The notes under the pieces are model-generated. The model was not told the DNA's origin. It was given only the letters and a program-made list of their open reading frames with translations, and did not search any database. This document shows positions 32,095 through 41,930 of a stretch of DNA of 64,000 nt, piece after piece; the first letter of the stretch is position 1; every line of letters starts with the position of its first letter. Origin of the DNA: Patescibacteria group bacterium (GTDB taxonomy: Bacteria; Patescibacteriota; Minisyncoccia; Phycocordibacterales; UBA9973); assembly GCA_038061755.1 (NCBI GenBank), contig JBBTYN010000004.1:3198-67197 (forward strand), given 5' to 3'. The translations under genes were made by a program, and so were the position numbers.

Positions 32095-33081
32095 TTAAGG
32101 CTGTTTGTTTATTATTCTTTTAATACAATTAGCCAATTTTGTAGAATTATGACGTATGAAAGATCTATGTTTGGCTATAGCATCTCTAGGGTTTTCCGTA
32201 TAAATTAAATCCGAAATAAGAGAAGTTCTTATTATTTTTTTATCATTACTAAAATCATCTTTAATTAAAACTCCGTCACCTTCCTTTATTTTATATTTTT
32301 TTATCTGTTTTTTAGAAGGACTCTTGTTATTTATAATAATAAAGTCAATTTTTTTATCTAGATATTTTTCTATATCTTTTACATAATCACTTGCTTTCCA
32401 ATTAGTTGTTTGACCTAATTTATTGGTAAGATTAACAGGCATTATAATTTGCGCCCTACTTTTTCTAAGTGCTTCTTTGAAACCACTTACGATCAAATTT
32501 GGCAACAAAGAACAATAATAATTTCCAGGACCTAATATTATATAATCTGCTTTTAAAATTGCGTTCTTCGCATGGGTATTTAATTTTACTTTATTTTTAT
32601 AAAATATTTTTTTAACAGGTAAATCTCGTAAACCATTTCTATATATATTGTCTTCTCCTACAATTATTGATCCGTCTATTAGTTCAACTACAAGTTTTGC
32701 CTTATCCCTAGTAATAGGTACTACTTTACCTTTAACCTTAAGTATTTCAGAAGCTATCTCTACTCCTTTATTAAAATTACCAGTCATTTTTTCCAAAGCT
32801 GCAAGAAAAATATTTCCAAAACTATGCCCCTTTAACCCTCCGTTAGTAAACCTATAATTCATGAGTTCTCGTACAACATCACTGTGTTCAGAAAGGGCAA
32901 CAAGGCATTGCCTGACATCTCCTGGAGGCAAAACCCCAAGCTCATCCATGAGTACACCAGTTGAACCACCATCATCTGCCATAGAAACAAGAGCAGTCAA
33001 AGAAACATCAGGAATGTTTTTAAGTCCAGATAAAACAGTATAGCTTCCAGTCCCTCCACCAATAGTTACAATATTTTTCAT
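32095..33081 (-). CDS. yvcK: YvcK/CofD-like (UPF0052) protein
   Basis: IGGGTG; DDGGSTG; PPGDVR; GHSFGN; GPGN. Confidence 0.9.
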   Translation of the reverse strand: MKNIVTIGGGTGSYTVLSGLKNIPDVSLTALVSMADDGGSTGVLMDELGVLPPGDVRQCLVALSEHSDVVRELMNYRFTNGGLKGHSFGNIFLAALEKMTGNFNKGVEIASEILKVKGKVVPITRDKAKLVVELIDGSIIVGEDNIYRNGLRDLPVKKIFYKNKVKLNTHAKNAILKADYIILGPGNYYCSLLPNLIVSGFKEALRKSRAQIIMPVNLTNKLGQTTNWKASDYVKDIEKYLDKKIDFIIINNKSPSKKQIKKYKIKEGDGVLIKDDFSNDKKIIRTSLISDLIYTENPRDAIAKHRSFIRHNSTKLANCIKRIINKQP

Positions 33082-33137
33082 GATATTAATATGTTAACGT
33101 AAACTACTAAATTTTACTAATAGCTTATTAAAAACAA

Positions 33138-33177
33138 AGAACCCACTTTACGACGACTAAATCGTAAGGTGGGTTTT
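33138..33177 (-). terminator. long-stem intrinsic terminator of the GT2 gene
   Basis: aaaacccaccttacga-loop-tcgtaaagtgggttct then T-rich on the minus strand. Confidence 0.75.
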
Positions 33178-33191
33178 AAGATAATGACAGA

Positions 33192-33986
33192 TTACCTCAT
33201 TTTCTCTCGCCTTTTTGACATTTCCTGATCTACGCCAGGATAGTGTCGTTTTACATCTTCGATAGCCTGGAGGATATGGAGAGCATGGGTACCGAACCTC
33301 TCTACGCGTGCCTCTTGGTTACTAGGGGAATACTCCCGAGTAAGGAGAGGAAGATTTCCGTGGTTTCCGTAGATTGCCGGGTGGGCCACCTCTACCAACT
33401 TTGGTCGAGGATTGCTAAGATACCAGAATTTCACCAAGTGTTCAAGGTGAATTCCGTACCTCTCCTGATTTCCATGCTCGAGAGCAAACTCGAAGCAATG
33501 GCGACGCATCATCCAGAAACCAGACAATGGATCAGTGGTCTCCCAGCCAGTTGCAACCTGCATCTGAGCAGTAACTGCTACGTTTAGGAAGTCCCGATCA
33601 AGTGGTACCTGAATCCGTTCTGAATCTGGATGATATCGTGATGCAATCACAATATCGGCACCATCCTTAATCTTTTCGAACATCGTTATGAGAAAATTCT
33701 CATCATGCTGTCCGTCAGCATCCATAGTGGCCACTAAATCATAACTACCTTTTACTGCTTCATGATAACCTCGACGAAGACTATTACCTATACCCTTATT
33801 CTCGTGGTTTTGTAAAACTATGCATTCATGTTTCCTACAAATCACAGCAGTATTGTCTAACGATCCGTCGTCGATCACAAGGATATCAGACAGTAAATAG
33901 TCTGCAACTTTTTGAAGCCTAGGTAAAAACTGATCAAGCGACGCTGCTTCATTACAAGCAGCAATAACTATCAACATTTTTAACAT
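33192..33986 (-). CDS. GT2 (DPM1-like) glycosyltransferase, GC-rich
   Basis: IDDGS; MDADGQH; ASRY; DPLSGF; GGAGG Shine-Dalgarno. Confidence 0.9.
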   Translation of the reverse strand: MLKMLIVIAACNEAASLDQFLPRLQKVADYLLSDILVIDDGSLDNTAVICRKHECIVLQNHENKGIGNSLRRGYHEAVKGSYDLVATMDADGQHDENFLITMFEKIKDGADIVIASRYHPDSERIQVPLDRDFLNVAVTAQMQVATGWETTDPLSGFWMMRRHCFEFALEHGNQERYGIHLEHLVKFWYLSNPRPKLVEVAHPAIYGNHGNLPLLTREYSPSNQEARVERFGTHALHILQAIEDVKRHYPGVDQEMSKRREKMR

Positions 33987-33995
33987 ACTCGTAAT

Positions 33996-34065
33996 CCTCC
34001 TTTTTATTAATTAAGAACAATTTTTTTGTTAGCTTTTATCATAACATATTTTTAGTCATTGTCAA
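33996..34065 (-). promoter_or_regulatory. sigma70 promoter plus TTGTTCT-N13-GGAGG leader of the GT2 gene
   Basis: TTGACA-16-TATGAT (TG-extended); the -35 overlaps the TGA of the upstream gene. Confidence 0.7.
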
Positions 34066-34910
34066 AATTTTTTGGTTAAGATTTTTATTTTGGTAACTGC
34101 CCGTTCTATATCATCATTAATTATAAGGATAACATCAATTTTTTTATTTATAGAATCTAATACTGATTTAAATTCACTTAATTGTCTTGTGCCCAAAGTT
34201 GAAACAATAGCTGACCTAAAGTCATCGTTCGTTTTTTGACACCTATCAGCTAGTCGTGCCGCGAGATGGAGTAAAATAGGTGCAGGAGGTAAAATATAAA
34301 CCAAAATAAATTCATAATCTTTATAAATTTTGAAATATTCAGCTAAGCTTGTTAGGTTGATCGGATTTTCTTCAATTAATATTATTTGTGATTTTTGCAA
34401 AACTTTTTCTATATCATGTTTTTGAATTCCATATTTTCCTCTTTTTTTTCTATTCATACATATTGCAAAACCATTTTGAGCAGCAATTTTTTTAAATTGA
34501 GCTTCATCAATGAAGTGGTAGTTTTTACCGTTTTTTTCATTCTTTCTTTTTTTTCGTGTAGTTGTATTAACAACTGTATTAAAACCCAAAGCATTTTTTA
34601 TAGTTTCCTTACCAACTGCACCAGGTCCAGCTATTCCAAAAATAATTTTTTTAATATTTGTTTTAAATAATTTTTTTTGAACTTTATTAAATAAAACTTG
34701 TTCAAGTTTATAAGGAATCTCATTAATATTACTATTCTTAATTCCTAATTCTTTTGCAAAAACATAAAGTGCTTGTTCCCAAGCCCTATAATGTATTAAT
34801 AATAAATCTATATTGTCTTCAACTAACCTAAAAACCTCTCTAGAATAAATATTCTCTAAAACCAGTAAATCCTTTTCGAAAGAAGATTTTAATGTTGGCT
34901 TTTTTCTCAT
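34062..34910 (-). CDS. guanylate kinase-like protein with N-terminal extension
   Basis: GPGAVGKE P-loop; TTTRKKRKNEKNGKNYHF GMK signature; YG. Confidence 0.75.
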   Translation of the reverse strand: MRKKPTLKSSFEKDLLVLENIYSREVFRLVEDNIDLLLIHYRAWEQALYVFAKELGIKNSNINEIPYKLEQVLFNKVQKKLFKTNIKKIIFGIAGPGAVGKETIKNALGFNTVVNTTTRKKRKNEKNGKNYHFIDEAQFKKIAAQNGFAICMNRKKRGKYGIQKHDIEKVLQKSQIILIEENPINLTSLAEYFKIYKDYEFILVYILPPAPILLHLAARLADRCQKTNDDFRSAIVSTLGTRQLSEFKSVLDSINKKIDVILIINDDIERAVTKIKILTKKF

Positions 34911-34979
34911 TATTAAATGTTTATATCATAAAAAATACTATTTGTCTTTAATTCTCACATATTATAATATATCTATATT

Positions 34980-37886
34980 ATGATTTCCCGAATATATGTG
35001 ACACCTAAAGGCAAAGCTAATTTCATTAATTCTTATTTAATTTCACATAAATTTGCAAGTGATCAAAGAGATAAAATCCTTAAAATAGCCAAGGCTTTAA
35101 CTAACCCCATCCTCGAAGAATTTTTTATAAATAAATTCCCAAAAACAAAGAAATTTACTTATGTAATAGAAATAGGTTTTAAACCTGGGGTCACAGACAA
35201 TGTCGGGCATACTGTAGAAGAAACTATAATTGATTTACTGGGTGTTGTCGGGTGTCCAACACCCGACAACATAGCAGTCTATACTTCTAAGATTTTTTTA
35301 GTTTCCAATTCTAAATTAGAAGAAGTAAAAAAGATTGCTCTCTCGCTTCACAATCCTCTCATTGAGCGTTCTTATGTCGCGAGTTTTGCTGAAATAAAAA
35401 AAAATGGCTTACCCTTAAAGGTTCCTAAGGTTATTTTAAAAAAGGCTATTCCTGTAATTAATGTTTCTCTTAATGTGTCTGATGAAGAACTTAAAAAAAT
35501 CGGAAAAGAGGGGATAATGGACGAAACAAATATTAGACGAGGTCCTTTGGCTCTTGATTTGACATCAATGAAAGTAATCCAAGAACATTTTAAAAAATTT
35601 AAAAGAGATCCGACCGATATTGAGCTGGAGTCTCTTGCGCAGACTTGGTCTGAACATTGTAAACATACTATTTTTGCAAATCCTATTGACGACATCAAAG
35701 ACGGTTTATATAAAACATACATAAAAAGCGCAACAAATCTAATCAGAAAAAATAAAGGCAAAAATGATTTTTGTATTTCTGTATTTTCTGATAATTCTGG
35801 AGGAATAATTTTTGATAAAGATTATTTAATAACGCATAAAGTTGAAACACACAACAGCCCTTCAGCCTTAGATCCATTTGGAGGTGCTATCACAGGTATT
35901 GTGGGTGTAAATCGAGACACGATAGGTTTTGGCTTAGGTGCTAAACCAGTAGCTAATGTTTATGGTTTTTGTTTTGGAAACCCAGAAGATAAAAGCTTAC
36001 TTTTTCGCGACAAAAATTTAACACAAAAAATGCTTTCACCAAAAAGAATAATGGAAGGGGTGGTAAAAGGTATAAATGTAGGAGGAAACTGTTCCGGAAT
36101 ACCGACTCTTTCTGGTTTTGTTCATTATGATGATAGATATAGGGGCAAGCCTCTAGTTTTTGCTGGCACAGTCGGATTAATTCCAAGAAAAATACAAGGA
36201 AAATTATCACACAAAAAACAGGCACAAGTTGGAGATTATATCGTTGTTGTTGGCGGAAGAGTAGGGCTTGATGGTATTCATGGGGCAACTTTTTCTTCTG
36301 TGGTAATGGATTCAAGTTCCCCAGCGACCGCAGTGCAAATCAGTGACCCAATTACTCAAAAAAAATTAAGTGATGCAATAATTAAAGAAGCGCGTTATAT
36401 GAATTTATATAATAGTATTACTGATAATGGTGCTGGTGGAATTTCTTGTTCAGTTGCTGAAATGGCAAAAGAATGCGGGGGAGCAAAAGTTTTTTTGGAA
36501 AAAGTACCACTAAAATACCTGAGTCTTCGTCCATGGGAAATTTGGATTTCAGAATCACAAGAACGTATGACTTTATCGGTGCCAAAGAAAAAGTGGAGTA
36601 CATTCAAAAAATTAATGGAGAAAAGGGGAGTGGAAGCGACAGTAATAGGTGAATTTACAAATTCTAAAAAATGTATTGTAGAATATAGTGGTAAAAAAAT
36701 CATGGATATTGATATGGAATTTTTACATGAAGGACTTCCAAAACAACATTTAATTACTTCTTCAGTTATTTATAAAAATATTGAACCAATACTTGAAATA
36801 AAAAAATCTTTTACTGCAATTCTAGAAAAATTACTAAGTAATAAAAATCTTAGTGGATTTTCTTTTATTTCCGAACAATATGACCATGAAGTGCAAGGGT
36901 CTTCTGTTCTAAAACCACTTTCTGGGAGAGGTCGTATAAATACCGATGCACAAGTTTTTCAACCAGTTTTAAATTCAAATAAAGGAGTTATTTTGTCTTC
37001 TAGTACTTATCCTTCATATGGAGATATTAGCACTTATCATATGGCTTCTTGCGCGATAGATACTGCTATTAGAAATACTGTTTGTTCTGGTGGAACACTT
37101 TCGCATTTAGCAATTTTAGATAATTTTTGTTGGTGTTCATCCAATGACCCAAAACGTTTAGCGCAGTTAGTAGATTCAGTGAAAGCTTGTTATGAATATG
37201 CTGTAGGTTTTGGTACACCTTTTATTTCTGGCAAAGACAGTATGTTTAATGATTTTAAAGGTTATGATGAAAAAGGGGAGCCTATGGCTGTTTCTATACC
37301 ACCGACACTTCTTATTTCAGCGATCAGCGTTATGCCTGACTTAAATAAAACTGTTTCTCCAGAATTTAAAAAAATTGGCGATATAATTTATTTATTAGGA
37401 GAAACGAATGATGAACTTGGTGGGGGAGAATATTATAAAACACTTGGCGTTGTTGGTAGTAATGTACCAAAAGTAGATTTAAAGAAAAATATAAAAACTT
37501 ATCGCGCTTTAGAAAAAGCAATTCAAAAAGAATTAATAGCTTCGGCAATATCTGTAAATTCTGGCGGACTTGCAATAGCACTCGCCAAAGCCTGTGTGGG
37601 AGGAATGGTAGGTTGTAATGTTTCCCTAAAGAGCCAGATAGCGCCTAAGGCGCTATCTGTAGAAGTAAAATTATTTTCTGAAAGTCAGGGAAGAATTTTA
37701 GTTTCTGTTTCCCATCAAAATGTTGCTAAATTTGAGCAAATAACCGCTACTTTACCAAGGGTTACCCTTGGTAAAGTAATAAAAGATGGGAAATTTATAA
37801 TTACCAATGGTAAAAATAAAGTAGTAGAAACAAATATTAAAAAGTTGTATGATGCATACCATAAATTTTCTAACTCACAAAAATGA
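34980..37886 (+). CDS. purL: phosphoribosylformylglycinamidine synthase PurL with N-terminal PurS-like region
   Basis: KPGVTDNVG; QTWSEHCKH; KVETHNSPS; DGIHGATFSS; ISGKDS. Confidence 0.96.
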   Translation: MISRIYVTPKGKANFINSYLISHKFASDQRDKILKIAKALTNPILEEFFINKFPKTKKFTYVIEIGFKPGVTDNVGHTVEETIIDLLGVVGCPTPDNIAVYTSKIFLVSNSKLEEVKKIALSLHNPLIERSYVASFAEIKKNGLPLKVPKVILKKAIPVINVSLNVSDEELKKIGKEGIMDETNIRRGPLALDLTSMKVIQEHFKKFKRDPTDIELESLAQTWSEHCKHTIFANPIDDIKDGLYKTYIKSATNLIRKNKGKNDFCISVFSDNSGGIIFDKDYLITHKVETHNSPSALDPFGGAITGIVGVNRDTIGFGLGAKPVANVYGFCFGNPEDKSLLFRDKNLTQKMLSPKRIMEGVVKGINVGGNCSGIPTLSGFVHYDDRYRGKPLVFAGTVGLIPRKIQGKLSHKKQAQVGDYIVVVGGRVGLDGIHGATFSSVVMDSSSPATAVQISDPITQKKLSDAIIKEARYMNLYNSITDNGAGGISCSVAEMAKECGGAKVFLEKVPLKYLSLRPWEIWISESQERMTLSVPKKKWSTFKKLMEKRGVEATVIGEFTNSKKCIVEYSGKKIMDIDMEFLHEGLPKQHLITSSVIYKNIEPILEIKKSFTAILEKLLSNKNLSGFSFISEQYDHEVQGSSVLKPLSGRGRINTDAQVFQPVLNSNKGVILSSSTYPSYGDISTYHMASCAIDTAIRNTVCSGGTLSHLAILDNFCWCSSNDPKRLAQLVDSVKACYEYAVGFGTPFISGKDSMFNDFKGYDEKGEPMAVSIPPTLLISAISVMPDLNKTVSPEFKKIGDIIYLLGETNDELGGGEYYKTLGVVGSNVPKVDLKKNIKTYRALEKAIQKELIASAISVNSGGLAIALAKACVGGMVGCNVSLKSQIAPKALSVEVKLFSESQGRILVSVSHQNVAKFEQITATLPRVTLGKVIKDGKFIITNGKNKVVETNIKKLYDAYHKFSNSQK

Positions 37887-38635
37887 AAAAGCCAAAAATA
37901 ATAATAATATCAGGATATGGATTAAATTGCGAAGAGGAAACAAAATTCGCTTTTGAGTTGGCGGGAGGGATTGCAAATATAGTACATATCAATGATTTAA
38001 TAAAAAAACCGAAAATGCTTAAAGAATATCAAATCTTAGTTTTTCCTGGAGGATTTTCTTATGGAGATGATACTGGTAGTGGAAAAGCCTATGCGAATAA
38101 ATTTAAAAATCATTTAGCGAAAGAGTTAACAGAATTTTTATCTCGCAATACTCTCACAATTGGTATTTGTAATGGATTTCAAATTATAACTAATTTAGGA
38201 ATTTTGCCTGGCGGGCTTACCTATAATAAAAATGGAAAATATATAGACAGATGGGTTGATTTAGAAGCAAAAGGAAACAGTCCCTGGCTCAAAGGTATTA
38301 AAAAAATATCACTGCCAATAGCGCATGGCGAAGGACATTATGTTATTTCCAAAAAAGAATACAAAAAAATGAGAAAAAATAAAGAAATTGCTTTTGTTTA
38401 TACAAATGGAGAAATTTGTAAGTTTCAAAATCTTGAAAAAAACCCAAACGGATCAGAATATGACATCGCAGGAGTTTTAGCATATAATGGCAGAGTGCTA
38501 GGTATGATGCCACATCCAGAACGTGCAATGTTTTCGCACCAAAGTCCAATATGGCAGATGGATAAGAATGTTCAAAAAGAGGGGGTAGGATTACAGATTT
38601 TTAAAAACGCAATTAATTATTTTTTAAATTCATGA
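37883..38635 (+). CDS. purQ: FGAM synthase glutaminase subunit
   Basis: PGGFSYGD; GICNGFQ; AHGEG; GMMPHPER. Confidence 0.97.
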   Translation: MKKPKIIIISGYGLNCEEETKFAFELAGGIANIVHINDLIKKPKMLKEYQILVFPGGFSYGDDTGSGKAYANKFKNHLAKELTEFLSRNTLTIGICNGFQIITNLGILPGGLTYNKNGKYIDRWVDLEAKGNSPWLKGIKKISLPIAHGEGHYVISKKEYKKMRKNKEIAFVYTNGEICKFQNLEKNPNGSEYDIAGVLAYNGRVLGMMPHPERAMFSHQSPIWQMDKNVQKEGVGLQIFKNAINYFLNS

Positions 38636-40029
38636 GCGAACTAAAAGAAAAATGTGGAATCGTAGGAATATACGGTAAAGATTTACCTATTTCTCGGTTA
38701 GCTTTTTTTGCTTTATTTGCATTACAACACAGAGGACAAGAAGCATCAGGCATCACCACTAATGATGGAAAAAAATTTCGTACTCATAAAGGCGCAGGAC
38801 TCGTATCTCAAGTATATACAGAAAAAACAATAAAAAAACTGACAGGGTATATAGCCATAGGGCACAATAGATACTCCACTTCCAAAGGGGGAGCACTTCA
38901 TCATGCTCAGCCAGTTGTAAACAAGGATGCTTCTTTTGCCTTAGCGCATAATGGCAACTTACCAAGTATAAAAGCATTAGAAAATTTTCTTTCTTCAAAA
39001 AAAATATTAAAAAAAGATCGTAATGACTCAGAACTTATAGCTGATGCTATAGATTTTTATATAAAAGAGGGTAACTCACTACCAAAATCTATTGAAAAAG
39101 CTTTTCCTTTATTTACTGGGTCTTTTTCTTTAATAATGATGAGTAAAGATACCTTAGTTGCTGTGCGAGACACTTATGGAATGCGTCCACTTGCGATAGG
39201 GAAACTTAATAAAGGTTATGTTATAGCTTCAGAAACATGCGCAATCCAAACTATCGGCGCAACATTTTTAAGAGAAGTAAAACCAGGAGAAATGATTATT
39301 ATAAATAAGGCTGGAATAAAAAGTATACAGTTAGCGCCATCAAATCCAAAACATGACATATTTGAATATGTTTATTTCGCTCGACCAGACAGCTCACTAA
39401 ATGGTAAATTAATTTATGAAGTCAGAAAAAACTTTGGAAAAGCACTTGCTCATGAGTTTAAGAAAAAAGTCGACATTATTGTACCTGTGCCTGATACAGC
39501 AATGCCTGTTGCCTTAGGGTATAGTCAAGCATCTGGCATTCCAATAGAAATGGCTTTGGTGAAAAATCGCTATGTCCATAGAACTTTTATTGAACCCGAT
39601 CAAAAATCTCGCCGGAATAGTGTTGCGCTTAAACTTATACCACTTCCACAAATTTTAAAAGGTAAAAAAATAGTAGTGATAGATGATTCTATAGTTAGGG
39701 GACACACGTGTAAAAAATTAGTTAAAACGTTTTTTAAAGCAGGCGCCAAAGAAGTGCATCTTTTGATCTCTTCTCCACCTATCCGTTATCCAGATTTTTA
39801 TGGTATGGACACACCTAATCAAAATGAATTAATTGCATCATATAAAACAGTAGAGGAAGTTCGTAAATTCATGGGAGCTACATCACTACATTATCTTTCA
39901 CTTGAAGGTTTAATAAAAGCTATTGGCTTACCTAAAGATAAATTATCCACATCATGCTTTACAGGTATTTACCCTATTGATTTAAAAGAACGAAAAAGTG
40001 AAGTACGATACGATGTCTCAACAAAATAA
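38632..40029 (+). CDS. purF: amidophosphoribosyltransferase
   Basis: EKCG; LQHRGQE; GHNRYST; FEYVYFARPDS; DDSIVRG. Confidence 0.97.
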   Translation: MSELKEKCGIVGIYGKDLPISRLAFFALFALQHRGQEASGITTNDGKKFRTHKGAGLVSQVYTEKTIKKLTGYIAIGHNRYSTSKGGALHHAQPVVNKDASFALAHNGNLPSIKALENFLSSKKILKKDRNDSELIADAIDFYIKEGNSLPKSIEKAFPLFTGSFSLIMMSKDTLVAVRDTYGMRPLAIGKLNKGYVIASETCAIQTIGATFLREVKPGEMIIINKAGIKSIQLAPSNPKHDIFEYVYFARPDSSLNGKLIYEVRKNFGKALAHEFKKKVDIIVPVPDTAMPVALGYSQASGIPIEMALVKNRYVHRTFIEPDQKSRRNSVALKLIPLPQILKGKKIVVIDDSIVRGHTCKKLVKTFFKAGAKEVHLLISSPPIRYPDFYGMDTPNQNELIASYKTVEEVRKFMGATSLHYLSLEGLIKAIGLPKDKLSTSCFTGIYPIDLKERKSEVRYDVSTK

Positions 40030-40633
40030 ACTAAAATTAGTTATATTAATTTCTAATACTGGTACAGGTACCAATCTAAAAGCTATAATTGATGAAGTTA
40101 ATTCTGGTACAATTAAAGCTGAGATTTGTGCGATAATTTCAGATACAAAAGAAGCTCAAGGACTAGAACATGCGCGAAAAAATAATTTAAAAATTGAAAT
40201 TTGTGAAGCCAAAGAAGACCTATTGTCACTTTTAAATAAAATAAGTCCAAATTATATTTGCCTAGCTGGCTGGAAACAAATTATTACAGACGAAGTAATT
40301 TTGGCTTTTCCAAATAAAATTTTAAATTTGCATCCTGGCTTAATTCCAGACATAATTAATGAAAGTGTAAAAAATCCTGATGACACAGAAGCTCTTTGGA
40401 ATAAAGGAATGATGACCATTAAAGCGATCCAGAATTTCTTAGATAAAAAAGCCACCTTCGCTGGTTCTAGTGTTCATTTTTTAACTTTAGAATTTGATTT
40501 TGGTCCTGTGCTGGGAAGAACTTTTGAAAAAATTGAAGATAATGATGATATTGAATCTTTATATGGAAGACTAAAGAAAAAAGAAAATAAGTTATATGTA
40601 GAAGTATTAGAAAAATTGTGTCAAAATAAATAA
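40013..40633 (+). CDS. purN: phosphoribosylglycinamide formyltransferase
   Basis: ISNTGTGTNL; LAGW; LNLHPG; VHF...DFGP. Confidence 0.92.
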   Translation: MSQQNKLKLVILISNTGTGTNLKAIIDEVNSGTIKAEICAIISDTKEAQGLEHARKNNLKIEICEAKEDLLSLLNKISPNYICLAGWKQIITDEVILAFPNKILNLHPGLIPDIINESVKNPDDTEALWNKGMMTIKAIQNFLDKKATFAGSSVHFLTLEFDFGPVLGRTFEKIEDNDDIESLYGRLKKKENKLYVEVLEKLCQNK

Positions 40634-40634
40634 T

Positions 40635-41930
40635 ATGCAAAAACAAAAAATTTTAATAATAGGTTCCGGTGGAAGGGAACATGCTATAGGGTGGAAAGTA
40701 GCGCAATCACCCAAGGCGGGACAAATTTTCTTTGCGCCTGGAAATGGGGGGACAAGTAAAATAGGAATTAATGTAGATATAAAAGCAAATGATATAAAAG
40801 GATTGTTAGAATTTGCAAAAAAAGAAAAAATAGATTTAACATTGGCTTTACCTGACGACCCACTTGCGCTTGGAATTGTAGACGAATTTAAAAAAAATAA
40901 TTTACGTATTTTTGGCCCGACAAAACAAGCTAGTAAAATTGAATGGTCTAAAGCTTTTTCAAAAAATTTTATGCATCAACACAATTTATTAACAGCAAAA
41001 TTTGAAATATTTAATAATTTTGAAAAAGCAAAAAAATATATATCAGAACAATCTTTCCCAGTTGTTATAAAAGCAAGTGGTTTAGCATTGGGAAAAGGTG
41101 TAATCATTTGCCAAAATCTAGAGGAAGCGAATGAAGCGCTAGAAAATATGTTTATAAAAAAAGTTTTTGGGGATGCTGGCAGTATTGTAGTAATAGAAGA
41201 ATTTTTAACTGGTCCAGAAATTTCTATTCATGCATTTTCAGATGGGAAAAATTACAAAATGTTTCCAACTTCTCAGGACCATAAAAAGATAGGAGAAAAT
41301 AATACTGGTTTAAACACTGGTGGAATGGGCACGATCGCTCCGCTCCCTTTTGTGACTGATAAACTTTTAAAAAATATTGAAAAAGATATTGTTATTCCAA
41401 CTATTGAATCAATGAATAAAGATGATAATCCATTTTTAGGTGTGATTTATCCAGGATTAATGCTAACAAAAGATGGCCCAAAAATTCTTGAATACAATGC
41501 GCGTTTTGGCGACCCAGAAACTCAAACATATATGCGACTTTTAGATACAGATATTTTGGATATTTTTAATGCATGTGTTGATGAAAAACTTGATCAAATA
41601 GAGATAAATTGGAGTAAAAAATTCGCTTGCACAATAGTGCTTGCTTCAGGAGGATATCCAGAAAATTATGAAAAAGGTAAAGTAATTTCAGGTATTGAAG
41701 AAGCAGAAATGCAATCTGATATAGTTGTCTTCCACGCTGGCACAAAAATTGTGAGGCAAGACCTCACAACTAATGGCGGGCGAGTATTAGGAGTTTCAGC
41801 TATTGGAAATACTCTAGAAGAAGCACTACAAAAAGCTTACAAAGCTATAGAAAAAATTTCTTTTGAAGGTATGCAATACCGCAAAGATATCGGTCAATCT
41901 GCATTAAAAATACCTATTTATCCCAATTAA
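40635..41930 (+). CDS. purD: phosphoribosylamine--glycine ligase
   Basis: GSGGREHA; QDHK; NTGGMG; EYNARFGDPETQ. Confidence 0.98.
   Translation: MQKQKILIIGSGGREHAIGWKVAQSPKAGQIFFAPGNGGTSKIGINVDIKANDIKGLLEFAKKEKIDLTLALPDDPLALGIVDEFKKNNLRIFGPTKQASKIEWSKAFSKNFMHQHNLLTAKFEIFNNFEKAKKYISEQSFPVVIKASGLALGKGVIICQNLEEANEALENMFIKKVFGDAGSIVVIEEFLTGPEISIHAFSDGKNYKMFPTSQDHKKIGENNTGLNTGGMGTIAPLPFVTDKLLKNIEKDIVIPTIESMNKDDNPFLGVIYPGLMLTKDGPKILEYNARFGDPETQTYMRLLDTDILDIFNACVDEKLDQIEINWSKKFACTIVLASGGYPENYEKGKVISGIEEAEMQSDIVVFHAGTKIVRQDLTTNGGRVLGVSAIGNTLEEALQKAYKAIEKISFEGMQYRKDIGQSALKIPIYPN

Noticed and set aside
34911-34979. Purine or ZTP riboswitch, or PurR box, upstream of the pur genes
   Set aside because: Spacers before purL, guaA/guaB and purE are short, AT-rich and lack the conserved motifs
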